Below are positions 31,118 to 40,734 of a stretch of DNA of 64,000 nucleotides, piece by piece (the first letter of the stretch is position 1; each line of letters starts with the position of its first letter). Where the stretch lies: NCBI GenBank assembly GCA_965200245.1, contig CBDATS010000008.1, positions 333,183-397,182 of the forward strand. Reading direction: 5' to 3'. The position numbers and the translations under genes are program-made. Under the pieces are notes generated by a model. The model did no database searches and had not been told where the DNA came from. It worked only from the letters and a program-made list of their open reading frames with translations. The DNA is from a bacterium. Its GTDB lineage: Bacteria > UBA8248.

Positions 31118-32893
31118 ATGCGCAGGTCCTTCTGTAAAAAGCTGACGGCAAGTTATCTGGTGGTAATCACCGTGGTGTTCACGGCGGGGATGATATACTT
31201 CCATTTTGGTCTTTCCGCTCAGTTGATGGAGCAGGCGGAGGAGAATCTTGCCCGAAACGCGCGCCTGGCGCGCCGCCAACTGATTTCTTCGTCTTCGGAA
31301 AAACCGCCAATTCATCGAATGGATGAACTCGCCGATGAGATTGGTCGCGCGCTCGGTGTACGGGTGACAATAATATCCGCTTCTGGTCGACTGCTTGCGG
31401 ACTCAACCATCGCTCACGACGCATCTGAGGATGCAGGGAGCCGGGCGGGTCAGCCCGAAGTCATCCTGGCGAGAGAAAAGGGAATTGGATCGAGCGTTCG
31501 GCAGAGCCCGAGAGGTGATGGCGATTGGCTGTATCTGGCCCTGCCTATAGGCGCCGGCCCGATTTCCGGCGGCGTGATTCGACTGGCCATGAGCTTGAGG
31601 GAAATCGAGCAGACGATCGCCAGGATGCGAGGGCTTCTCCTTGTGACCTGCGCCTTGTCGTTTCTGCTCGCTATCGCGGTCAGCTTCGGAGTAGGTGTGA
31701 TAGTACGCCGGGGTTTCGAAGAGATATACGACGCCGTGGAGAAGGTTTCCCGAGGGGATTTCAGTCACCGTATTTCATCCAGGCGCCAGGACGAGTTGGG
31801 CGAACTTGCCCGGACAATGGATCGACTCGCCTCGGAAGTGGAGGCCCATCTCGATGAGTTGCGCAATGAACGCGACAGGCTCGAGGCGATTCTCGAGGGA
31901 ATGACCGAGGGCGTCATGGTCACGAATGCCAAGGGGGATATTCTTCTCGTGAATTCCGCGTTCCGGGAGTTTTTTCCCTCGCTTCCTGATTTCGAGGATA
32001 ACGCGCCGATTCCGTTGGAAGCCGTGCGCTCCACCGAGGTGCAAGATGCGGTGCGGGACATCCTGTCGAGCCCCGCTGTACGGTTGGAGCGCGAGGTGGA
32101 AGTCCTCCCCGCACGCACGCTGACCCTGCAAGCCAGGCGCGCGAGGGGAGAGGGGGAATCGAACCTTGTTGTGGTGTTTCACGATGTCTCCGAGGTCAAG
32201 CGCCTCGCGAATATACGTCGGGAGTTCACCGCGAACGTTTCCCATGAGTTGCGCACGCCCTTGACGGCCATCCAGGGGGCTTCCCAGACGCTTGAGGTGA
32301 CCGCGGACTCCGACCCCGAGGCGACACGCCGGTTCGCTTCGACCATCCACCGGCACGCGCAGCGCCTGTCGGCTCTGGTCGAGGACCTGCTTGAACTCGG
32401 GAGGATAGAGTCCAAGAAAGAACACGTCCGCTCCAGGGCGATATCCATACGGAACGCGATGGACTCGGTCGCGCACACACTTGCCCCCGTCGTCGAGAAA
32501 AGAGGCGTTCGCCTGGACATGCGGGTTCCCGAAGAGGCCGACCACGTCTGGGCGGATCCGACGGCCCTGGAGAGAGTTCTCATCAATCTGGCCGAAAACG
32601 GGGTGAACTACAGTTCCGAGGGAAACGAGATCACCGTTTCGGGACTTTTGCGCGAAGACGGTTTCGTCGAGGTTTCCGTGGCCGACCGGGGGGAAGGAAT
32701 ACCCCCCGAGCATCATTCCAGGATATTCGAGCGTTTCTACCGGGTGGATTCAGCCCGTTCCCGGGAGAACGGAGGTACGGGTTTGGGCCTTTCCATCGTA
32801 AAACACCTCGTACAGGAAATGGGCGGAGACGTCTGGGTCGAGAGCGCGCCCGGGCAGGGTTCCACCTTCCGTTTTACCGTTCCCACGCCCTGA
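31118..32893 (+). CDS. phoR: Phosphate regulon sensor kinase (Cache-like, HAMP, PAS, HisKA, HATPase)
   Basis: EFTANVSHELRTPLT, FERFYRVD.ARSR..GGTGLGL. Confidence 0.88.
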   Translation: MRRSFCKKLTASYLVVITVVFTAGMIYFHFGLSAQLMEQAEENLARNARLARRQLISSSSEKPPIHRMDELADEIGRALGVRVTIISASGRLLADSTIAHDASEDAGSRAGQPEVILAREKGIGSSVRQSPRGDGDWLYLALPIGAGPISGGVIRLAMSLREIEQTIARMRGLLLVTCALSFLLAIAVSFGVGVIVRRGFEEIYDAVEKVSRGDFSHRISSRRQDELGELARTMDRLASEVEAHLDELRNERDRLEAILEGMTEGVMVTNAKGDILLVNSAFREFFPSLPDFEDNAPIPLEAVRSTEVQDAVRDILSSPAVRLEREVEVLPARTLTLQARRARGEGESNLVVVFHDVSEVKRLANIRREFTANVSHELRTPLTAIQGASQTLEVTADSDPEATRRFASTIHRHAQRLSALVEDLLELGRIESKKEHVRSRAISIRNAMDSVAHTLAPVVEKRGVRLDMRVPEEADHVWADPTALERVLINLAENGVNYSSEGNEITVSGLLREDGFVEVSVADRGEGIPPEHHSRIFERFYRVDSARSRENGGTGLGLSIVKHLVQEMGGDVWVESAPGQGSTFRFTVPTP

Positions 32894-33211
32894 TCGGGGC
32901 GGCATCCCCCGTTTTTGCTTTCTCGGTCCAAATCCGCTGCATCAGAAGCCATTCACAACTTGAGCTTTTTCAACAGGTTATGGAAAGACGAAATTTTGAC
33001 GCCGTTCTTTTTCAGCTTTGACGCGTCGTAAAGCTTCTTTCGTTCGCATCTCCTCTTCTCTTCTTCGGGAAGAGGATTCAACACCTCGTGTGTTCCTGTG
33101 GGGTCGGGGTGGCATCATGAGTGATGTCCTGCTTTCTCGGCAGAATAATCATCAATTCTGTTTTTGGGTTTGTCCAGCGAACAATCACCTTGACACCTGG
33201 AATTGTCCGAA

Positions 33212-33267
33212 AAGTCATGTGATTTTCATCCTTTCGTAACATTCCTGACTCCTTTTTTCTCTATATT
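33212..33267 (+). promoter_or_regulatory. Pho-box promoter P1 (three half-sites in 11-bp phase plus -10)
   Basis: GTCAT 33214, TTCAT 33225, GTAAC 33236; -10-like TATATT at 33262. Confidence 0.7.
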
Positions 33268-33442
33268 CCACCTCGTTCGGGGATCGGTCGTGGGACGAAG
33301 GCTTGCACTCACGGTTGCCGATGCACAGTTTCCTGAAAAGGCGACGGGATGCTCCGGGCGCGGATGTATCTAGCCCACAGGGAACGCGGAGAAGGAAGGT
33401 AAAGACTCCCCTTCCTGCAGGTGGAGAGAACGTGACGCGGTA

Positions 33443-33498
33443 TGTTCACTGTTCTTTCATCAGAATGTAACAAGGTTTTTTGTTTTCTCCTGTAGTTT
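33443..33498 (+). promoter_or_regulatory. Pho-box promoter P2 directly upstream of pstS
   Basis: TTCAC 33445, TTCAT 33456, GTAAC 33467; -10-like TAGTTT at 33493; same geometry as P1. Confidence 0.72.
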
Positions 33499-33523
33499 CA
33501 ATCCCAACAAGGAGGGAGTCAGA

Positions 33524-34525
33524 ATGAACAGGTTCTCCAGAATTGGCGGTTTTGCCATTGTGGCTGCGTTTTGTCTCGCGCTCGTAGCGCAGCCTGCCGG
33601 CGCGGCCCTGATGGTGGACAGGAAATTGCCCTCCTACGAGGCCACCAGCGGTGTTTCGGGCAACGTGAAGTCCGTCGGTTCGGACACGCTGAACAACCTC
33701 ATGACGCTCTGGGCCGAAGGCTTCAGGCGTTCCTACCCGGACGTGAAAATCGAGATCGAGGGCAAAGGCTCCTCCACGGCTCCTCCGGCACTCATCGCTG
33801 GCACTTCGAACTTCGGCCCGATGTCGCGCGCCATGAAGTCGAAGGAAATGGATGCCTTCGAAAAGAAGTTCGGCTACAAGCCTGGCCGTATCCGCATCGC
33901 CGTTGACGCCTTGGCCGTCTTCACGAACAAGGACAACCCCCTCAAGTGCCTGAGCCTCCCGCAGGTCGACGCCATCTTCTCGAAAACCCGCAAGGGCGGC
34001 ATGAGGTCCAACATCTCGACGTGGGGCCAGGTCGGCCTCAAGGGCGCGTGGGCGAGCAAGCCGATTTCGGTCTATGGGCGTAATTCCGCTTCGGGCACCT
34101 ACGGCTACTTCAAGAAGGTGGCTCTTTACAAGGGCGACTTCAAGGACTCAGTGAAAGAGCAGCCAGGTTCCTCGGCGGTTGTGCAGGGCGCAGCTTCCGA
34201 CAGGTTTGCCATCGGCTACTCGGGTATCGGCTACAGGACCGCCGATGTCATCGCACTTGCTGTTTCCAGGAAGACAGGCGCCAAGTGCTACGGCCCCGAG
34301 GCGCAGAACGCCTACTCGGGCAACTACCCGCTCGCACGTTTCCTCTACATCTATGTCAACAAGAACCCGAACCAGGCGCTCGATCCCCTGAGAGCCCAGT
34401 TTGTCAAGTACATATTCACGAAGGAAGGCCAGAAAGCCGTCATCAAGGCCGGTTTCTTCCCCGTGAACTCGGTCATCGCCAAGCATGACCTCAGCGCACT
34501 CGGGCTCGTGTTGGGCAGCAACTAG
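33524..34525 (+). CDS. pstS: Phosphate ABC substrate-binding protein
   Basis: GSDT, GKGSS, RNSASGT, YPLAR.LYIY; signal peptide; AGGAGG RBS. Confidence 0.96.
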   Translation: MNRFSRIGGFAIVAAFCLALVAQPAGAALMVDRKLPSYEATSGVSGNVKSVGSDTLNNLMTLWAEGFRRSYPDVKIEIEGKGSSTAPPALIAGTSNFGPMSRAMKSKEMDAFEKKFGYKPGRIRIAVDALAVFTNKDNPLKCLSLPQVDAIFSKTRKGGMRSNISTWGQVGLKGAWASKPISVYGRNSASGTYGYFKKVALYKGDFKDSVKEQPGSSAVVQGAASDRFAIGYSGIGYRTADVIALAVSRKTGAKCYGPEAQNAYSGNYPLARFLYIYVNKNPNQALDPLRAQFVKYIFTKEGQKAVIKAGFFPVNSVIAKHDLSALGLVLGSN

Positions 34526-34546
34526 TTTTCCGGTACAGCGTAGCGG

Positions 34547-34577
34547 CGGGGACGGCGAAACGGATTCGCCGTCCCCG
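34547..34577 (+). other. Stem-loop after pstS
   Basis: CGGGGACGGCGAA-acgga-TTCGCCGTCCCCG, perfect 13-bp stem. Confidence 0.7.
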
Positions 34578-34607
34578 TGCTTTCCTTCTTGCTTGAAGAC
34601 GAGAGAT

Positions 34608-37241
34608 ATGAGCGAAAGCCGGGTTTCGGATGAAGGGAATGAACAGGACAGGCGGCCGGGGCGGATACGCGATCTGAGTGCCAGGCGGTCCGTCCGCATC
34701 ATCGACAAGATCGCCACCAACGTGATCACCGTCGGCGGGCTTTTCGTGATCCTCGCAGTTCTCGGAATCATGGCGTTCCTCGTCGCGGTGGCCTTGCCGC
34801 TGTTCGCCGGAGAAACGATTACCGACTCGGGTGTTTTTCGGGTCACCGCGCCCAGGAACTCTCTCTTCAGCGTCGAGGTCGATGATTACAACACCATCGC
34901 CGTTCTGGTTTCGAAAGACGGCGTGTTGACACCCGTCCATGCTTCGACAGGAAAACCGCTCACGGTTTTGAAGCTCGACTTCGCGGGCGCGAAGGCGAGT
35001 GTTTTCGGACGGACGCTCAGGGGCGGAAACATCGCCTTCGGTTTTCCCGATGGAACGGTGCGGTTCGGCAAGGTTGTTTTTCGAACGCAGGTGTTACCCG
35101 CCGAAAGAGCACCCGAGGGACTCACGAAGATTGACGAGCGCGACTTGACAGACGGGAAGGTCGTTTTCTCGAAAATTCCAGGTGACCAGGTGCGCAAGAT
35201 ATGGGTGGAGGCCGAACTCAGGGAGCCGCAGAGAATAGCGCCCGAGGGAACACCCATCGTAAGGCTCGACTACAAAGTGGGCGGGACTCCCGAGCGGCCG
35301 AGTATCTCCTTCGCAACTGTGGACGCCAGGGGCGTGGCGCGGCTGAGCCTCACGCAGACCAGGGTCAATCTCCTGACGGGTCAAACCACATCGTCTGTGG
35401 AGAGCGTGGTTCTCCCCGACTTGCCACCTGGAACACGCATCGTCGACATCCTCCTCACTGAAAAGGCCGACAAGGTATACATCGGTGTCGAGAAAGGTTT
35501 CCTGCTTCGCTACGACACGAGGAATTTCGAGGCCATTTCTCTGGTGGAGAAGCGCGACCTGCTCCCCATGGATGAAAAACTGACGGTGTTCAAGGCTCTC
35601 ATCGGCGAGGAATCCATCGTCGTGGGAGGCTCCAAGGGCTCTTTGAGCATCTTCTTCCAGGCACGCAGGCCGGGTGCCGTCACCAAAGACGGGCTGGTGA
35701 TGGTACGCGGGCACGATCTGGAGAAACACGCCAACGCCGTTTCGGGCTTTTCCGCTTCACAGCGCAGCCGGATGTTCGCCACGATGGATGCGGGGGGAGA
35801 CATCTGGCTTCGTCATGCAACAAGCGAGTCGACACTTTTACGCTTCAACATGAAGGGAATGAAGGATTCTGCACGCTTCATTCGTCTTTCTCCGCGCGAT
35901 GACGCCATCGTCACCGCTGACGAGGAGGGCGTGTTGAATTTCTGGAAATTCTCGGCGGAACATCCCGAGACGACATTCCAGACGCTGTTCGGCAAGGTCT
36001 GGTACGAAGGCTATCCCAAACCCGAGTATACTTGGCAATCCTCCTCTGGAGACGATGCGTTCGAGGAGAAGATTTCCCTCATGCCCCTGATATTCGGGAC
36101 CATCAAGGGAACGGTCTATTCCCTGATTTTCGCAATACCCATCGCTGTGCTTGGCGCCATTTTCACATCCGAGTTCGTAGGGCCGGAGGTGCGCTCCGTC
36201 GTGAAGCCCTCGATGGAGATGATGGCCTCGCTCCCCTCGGTGGTGCTCGGCTTTGTGGCCGCCCTGATTCTGGCGCCCATTGTAGAGACGTGGATAGCCG
36301 CGGTTTTGCTCTCGTTCATGCTGATCCCGCTTCTCTTGCTTCTGGGGGCCTATTTATGGCAGGTCATGCCGCCGCAGATATCCCTCCCCCTGTCAGGATT
36401 TCCCAAACTCGGCATGGTTTTCCTCGTTATCATCCTGGGTTCGTTTCTCGGCTATCTGATCGGGCCGTCGTTCGAAAGGCTCTTGTTCGGTGGCGACTTC
36501 AAGGCCTGGGCGAACGGAAACATCGGGATAGCGACGCCGATGCTGTTCATCCTTTTTTATCCCGTGTCATTTATCATCATTGCTTTTGCTACAGATCGGT
36601 TTTTCGGATATTCATGGAGACTGGCTCTCAGGCGAATGCCCCATTCGCAGGGTGCGCTCTTGGAACTTCTTCGCTGGGTCGGGATGCTGGTCACCGCCGG
36701 GCTGTTTAGCTGGGTGACGGCTTTGGTGCTCAACGCACTCGGCCTGGACGCGCGCGGCGGAGTCATCGACACCTATGTCCAGCGCAACTCCCTCGTCGTG
36801 GGCTTCGCGATGGGCTTCGCCGTCATCCCGCTCATCTACACAATCGCCGAAGACGCGCTCAACTCCGTGCCGAGCCATTTGAGGGCGGCGAGTCTCGCCT
36901 GCGGTGCGACTCCCTGGCAAACGGCCCTTTGGGTCATCATGCCCACTGCCGCCAGCGGAATATTCGCCGCCGTGATGATCGGTATGGGACGCGCAGTGGG
37001 CGAAACCATGATCGTCGTTATGGCGGCGGGCAACACTCCTGTTCTGGACTGGAACATTTTCTCGGGTCTCCGGGCGCTTTCGGCGAACATCGCTGTAGAG
37101 CTTCCGGAAGCAGTCAAGGACGGGACGCTCTACCGGGTGCTCTTCCTGGCGGCGCTAGTTCTGTTCGCGATGACGTTCATCGTCAATACGGTCGCCGAAC
37201 TGGTCCGCCTGCGCTTCCGGAAGCGCGCCGCCCAGTTGTGA
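34608..37241 (+). CDS. pstC: Phosphate ABC permease PstC, long form with large beta-rich extracytoplasmic domain
   Basis: KVWYEGY..P.Y.WQSS, ASLPSVVLGF, RAVGETMIV.MA.GN. Confidence 0.93.
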   Translation: MSESRVSDEGNEQDRRPGRIRDLSARRSVRIIDKIATNVITVGGLFVILAVLGIMAFLVAVALPLFAGETITDSGVFRVTAPRNSLFSVEVDDYNTIAVLVSKDGVLTPVHASTGKPLTVLKLDFAGAKASVFGRTLRGGNIAFGFPDGTVRFGKVVFRTQVLPAERAPEGLTKIDERDLTDGKVVFSKIPGDQVRKIWVEAELREPQRIAPEGTPIVRLDYKVGGTPERPSISFATVDARGVARLSLTQTRVNLLTGQTTSSVESVVLPDLPPGTRIVDILLTEKADKVYIGVEKGFLLRYDTRNFEAISLVEKRDLLPMDEKLTVFKALIGEESIVVGGSKGSLSIFFQARRPGAVTKDGLVMVRGHDLEKHANAVSGFSASQRSRMFATMDAGGDIWLRHATSESTLLRFNMKGMKDSARFIRLSPRDDAIVTADEEGVLNFWKFSAEHPETTFQTLFGKVWYEGYPKPEYTWQSSSGDDAFEEKISLMPLIFGTIKGTVYSLIFAIPIAVLGAIFTSEFVGPEVRSVVKPSMEMMASLPSVVLGFVAALILAPIVETWIAAVLLSFMLIPLLLLLGAYLWQVMPPQISLPLSGFPKLGMVFLVIILGSFLGYLIGPSFERLLFGGDFKAWANGNIGIATPMLFILFYPVSFIIIAFATDRFFGYSWRLALRRMPHSQGALLELLRWVGMLVTAGLFSWVTALVLNALGLDARGGVIDTYVQRNSLVVGFAMGFAVIPLIYTIAEDALNSVPSHLRAASLACGATPWQTALWVIMPTAASGIFAAVMIGMGRAVGETMIVVMAAGNTPVLDWNIFSGLRALSANIAVELPEAVKDGTLYRVLFLAALVLFAMTFIVNTVAELVRLRFRKRAAQL

Positions 37242-37248
37242 GGACACG

Positions 37249-39075
37249 ATGAAGGCGAAGGATCCGAAACAGCAAAAACAGAAGAAACAAACGGAAATAA
37301 CGCTTTCGGATGGCGACTCCGGCAACTACAGGGAAACCGCGTCCGAAGTGGCGCAAACCACCGATGCGGGGATGAACCCGCCCGGCAGGACGGGTCTTCG
37401 CGCATCGATTGATTTCAAGGCCAGGGGTGAGCCCTTCGTATGGGTCATGGGCGGTGCGCTCGCTCTGGGCGTATTCATGATCATCGGTTTCCTCGCGCTC
37501 GTTCTTTGGAACGGCATTGTGATTTTCTATCCTGGTCCGGTGGAAGTGGTGACGCTCAAAAACGGCCAGCGCATCGCTGGCGAGCCGTTCCGCTCCGAGA
37601 ACTTCCGGCCCTCCCCCGAGCAGTTGAAGGAAATCGACGCGGAATCCCGGCGCGCCGTCAAGGAAGCGGGCGGTTTTGCGCATCGCACGCTCTACCGAAC
37701 CGGGAATTTCGACGTCTATAACGAGGATTTCAAATGGGCGGTGGGACATCAGGTCACCAAGGTTGAGACACCGCCTGCCATATTCTTCGTCGAGCGAAAG
37801 GAGTGGGGGCCATTTATCGGTTTCATCAAAACCCTGACGCTTGATGGCCGACACATACCGGGTGACAAGGTATCCTTGGACGAGTTGTACGCGGCTCATG
37901 ACAAGGCGATCGACCGGAGGGAAGCGATTCGTGAAATCGAGGTCGACGAGATTAGCGCCATCAACTACTACATCGAGAAAGATCGGCTCGCCTTGCGGCG
38001 AACCGAACTGGACTACGGGAAGAGGAACGCCGAGTATCGCGCCGAAAAAGAGCAGTTCGAGCGCCGCACGAAGGAGAAACGAGTCGGATTCGCTGTCCTC
38101 AAGAAAAGAATCTCCGATATTAACAAGGAGGATGAGAAGTTCCAGATCATCCTCCGTGAAATCGGCGGACGCGAGAAAAACCTGAGGCTTTCGGAAATCG
38201 TCCGCATCTATCCGGCGAACAACCTTACGTTCTTCGGGAAGGTTGGCGTCTACTTTTCACGTTGGGGCGAGTTCCTGACCGACGACCCGCGCGAGGCGAA
38301 TACGGAAGGCGGCGTCTTGCCCGCGATATTCGGCACCGTCATGATGACGCTGCTCATGGTCGTCTTCGTCGCCCCGTTCGGCGTGATCACGGCGCTCTAT
38401 CTGCGTGAATATGCAAAACAGGGAACCCTGGTCTCCATCGTGCGCATCTGCGTGAACAACCTTGCGGGTGTGCCTTCTATCGTCTACGGCGTGTTCGGAC
38501 TGGGTTTTTTTGCCTATACCATCGGCGTGGGCATCGACCAGTTGTTCTACCCTGAAAGGCTGCCCAACCCCACGTTCGGAACGGGCGGCCTTCTCTGGGC
38601 ATCCCTGACGCTTGCGCTCCTCACCGTTCCGGTGGTTATCGTGGCAACGGAGGAGGCGCTCTCCGCCGTTCCCCGCTCGATGCGGGAGGGCTCTCTGGCT
38701 TGCGGCGCCTCGAGATGGCAGACTATCCAGAACATCGTCCTGCCCCAGGCCATGCCGGGCATCATGACGGGCCTCATCCTGGCGATGGCGCGTGGTGCCG
38801 GCGAAGTGGCGCCACTCATGCTCGTGGGTGTGGTGAAGCTCGCGCCCGAGCTTCCCTTCGACACCTTCTTCCCGTTCCTGCACCCGGAGAGGAGCTTCAT
38901 GCATCTGGGCTTCCATATCTACGACGTGGGATTTCAGTCGAGAAACTCGGAAGCCGGAAAACCGATGGTTTTCGTCACGACACTTCTTTTGATAACGATC
39001 ATTGCCTTTATGAACGCTTTCGCCATCATGGTTCGAAACCGTCTTCGCCGAAAGTTCGTGGAAGGCCAATTCTAG
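37249..39075 (+). CDS. pstA: Phosphate ABC permease PstA, long form
   Basis: PREANTEGGV.PAIFGT, LAGVPSIVYG, ARGAGEVAPL. Confidence 0.94.
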   Translation: MKAKDPKQQKQKKQTEITLSDGDSGNYRETASEVAQTTDAGMNPPGRTGLRASIDFKARGEPFVWVMGGALALGVFMIIGFLALVLWNGIVIFYPGPVEVVTLKNGQRIAGEPFRSENFRPSPEQLKEIDAESRRAVKEAGGFAHRTLYRTGNFDVYNEDFKWAVGHQVTKVETPPAIFFVERKEWGPFIGFIKTLTLDGRHIPGDKVSLDELYAAHDKAIDRREAIREIEVDEISAINYYIEKDRLALRRTELDYGKRNAEYRAEKEQFERRTKEKRVGFAVLKKRISDINKEDEKFQIILREIGGREKNLRLSEIVRIYPANNLTFFGKVGVYFSRWGEFLTDDPREANTEGGVLPAIFGTVMMTLLMVVFVAPFGVITALYLREYAKQGTLVSIVRICVNNLAGVPSIVYGVFGLGFFAYTIGVGIDQLFYPERLPNPTFGTGGLLWASLTLALLTVPVVIVATEEALSAVPRSMREGSLACGASRWQTIQNIVLPQAMPGIMTGLILAMARGAGEVAPLMLVGVVKLAPELPFDTFFPFLHPERSFMHLGFHIYDVGFQSRNSEAGKPMVFVTTLLLITIIAFMNAFAIMVRNRLRRKFVEGQF

Positions 39076-39090
39076 TGGAGACGCATTGAA

Positions 39091-39921
39091 ATGGCGGCCA
39101 ACGCGGTAACCACCGACTTGCAGGACGAGTTCGAGGCGACAGCGTACCATCCCGTCGAGAGCGAACTCGGAACAGTAATCGATATCGAAAACTTCAACCT
39201 GTGGTACGGGCAGAAACAGGCGCTGTTCAATAACACCCTGAAGATACAAAAAGAACTCGTCACCGCCTTGATCGGCCCTTCAGGCTGCGGAAAATCGACG
39301 CTCCTGCGTTCGTTCAACCGCATGAACGACCTGATAGACGGTATCCACCGGGACGGGATCATCACCATCGACGGAACCGACATTCACGGTCCGCGCGTGG
39401 AGGTCATCGAGCTTCGAAAGCGTCTCGGCATGGTATTCCAGAAGCCCAACCCCTTCCCGATGTCGATATTCGAGAACGTGGTCTATCCCCTGCGGGTGGA
39501 CGGCATACGCGACAGGCGCGTGCTGGAGGAAACGTGTGAGCGCTCTTTGCGGGGGGCCGCGCTCTGGGACGAGGTGTCCGGACGTCTCCAGGACAACGCA
39601 CTTGGCCTCTCCGGCGGACAGCAGCAGCGTCTGTGCATTGCCCGCGCCATTTCGTCCGAGCCGGAGATCATTCTGATGGACGAGCCTTGTTCCGCACTCG
39701 ACCCGATCGCCACCGCCCGCATCGAGGATCTGATCGCGCAACTCAAGGAGCATTTCTCCATTGTAATCGTGACACACAACATGCAGCAGGCCGCCCGCGT
39801 CTCGGACAACACAGCTTTCATGTTCCTGGGACGATTGATCGAATACGGGGAGACGAAGAGAATTTTCATGAATCCCATGCACGTTCGTACATCCGATTAC
39901 ATCACAGGCCGGTTCGGCTAG
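39091..39921 (+). CDS. pstB: Phosphate ABC ATPase
   Basis: [38 protein letters not shown]. Confidence 0.97.
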   Translation: MAANAVTTDLQDEFEATAYHPVESELGTVIDIENFNLWYGQKQALFNNTLKIQKELVTALIGPSGCGKSTLLRSFNRMNDLIDGIHRDGIITIDGTDIHGPRVEVIELRKRLGMVFQKPNPFPMSIFENVVYPLRVDGIRDRRVLEETCERSLRGAALWDEVSGRLQDNALGLSGGQQQRLCIARAISSEPEIILMDEPCSALDPIATARIEDLIAQLKEHFSIVIVTHNMQQAARVSDNTAFMFLGRLIEYGETKRIFMNPMHVRTSDYITGRFG

Positions 39922-39941
39922 GCTGCCGTAGGAGATTCGGC

Positions 39942-40625
39942 ATGACACTGACGAGCGGAAGAGCACACACGAGTTCGGAATACGAAAACGAACTCCAGGA
40001 GTTGCGCCGCCTTCTCCTGGAGTTGGGCGCCAAGGTGGAGGCGATGATGGCGAAGAGCATCGAAAGCCTTACCCGGCGTGATTCCGGCATCGCCCAGAGC
40101 GTTATCGAGGAGGACTCGAACGTCAACCAGATCGAAATCGACGTGAACGAGCTTTGCCTGCAGATAGTGGCGCTCCGGCAGCCGACTTCGGTGGATCTGC
40201 GCTTCATCACCACGGGCCTGAAAATCGCCTCCGACCTTGAGCGGGTGGGAGACCTGGCCGTCAACGTATGCGAGCGGGCCCTGGAATTGAACGAGGAACC
40301 TCCGCTCAAGCCCTATATCGAGCTTCCGCGCATGGCCAGCGCTTCGAGCCAGATGCTGCGCGAGAGCCTCGACAGCTTCATCAAGGAAGATGTCGTGCTG
40401 GCGCGCAAGGTCATGGCCAGCGACGACGAGGTGGACGACATGAACGAGGAATTGTTCCGCGAACTGCTGACCTACATGCTGGACAACCCGCGCAACATCA
40501 GCCGGGCGACCCGCCTGACGTTCATCTCGAAATATTTCGAGAGAATCGCCGATCACGCGACAAACATCGCAGAAGCCGTCGTTTTCATGGTCGAGGGCAG
40601 AAACCCCAGACGCGAATTGCTGTAG
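39942..40625 (+). CDS. phoU: Phosphate signalling complex protein PhoU
   Basis: QP...DLR, DLER.GD, DD.VD, ERIADHATNIAE; ATG 39942 after GGAG. Confidence 0.96.
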   Translation: MTLTSGRAHTSSEYENELQELRRLLLELGAKVEAMMAKSIESLTRRDSGIAQSVIEEDSNVNQIEIDVNELCLQIVALRQPTSVDLRFITTGLKIASDLERVGDLAVNVCERALELNEEPPLKPYIELPRMASASSQMLRESLDSFIKEDVVLARKVMASDDEVDDMNEELFRELLTYMLDNPRNISRATRLTFISKYFERIADHATNIAEAVVFMVEGRNPRRELL

Positions 40626-40734
40626 TCCCTGCCATCGCCGCGCAACCGCTCCAAAGGCTCCGTGCGCTTCGGGTCGGCTTTCCTGAATGTCTTTTCGTGA
40701 TTACTGAAAGGGAGGCCGGAACAACTTTGTCAAT

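Noticed and set aside
33270-33430. Known riboswitch (ZTP, c-di-GMP, glycine) upstream of pstS
   Set aside because: Consensus nucleotides of these aptamers were not matched by eye; kept only as an unassigned candidate RNA
39633-39941. N-terminal extension of PhoU
   Set aside because: Overlaps pstB out of frame; ATG 39942 has its own RBS
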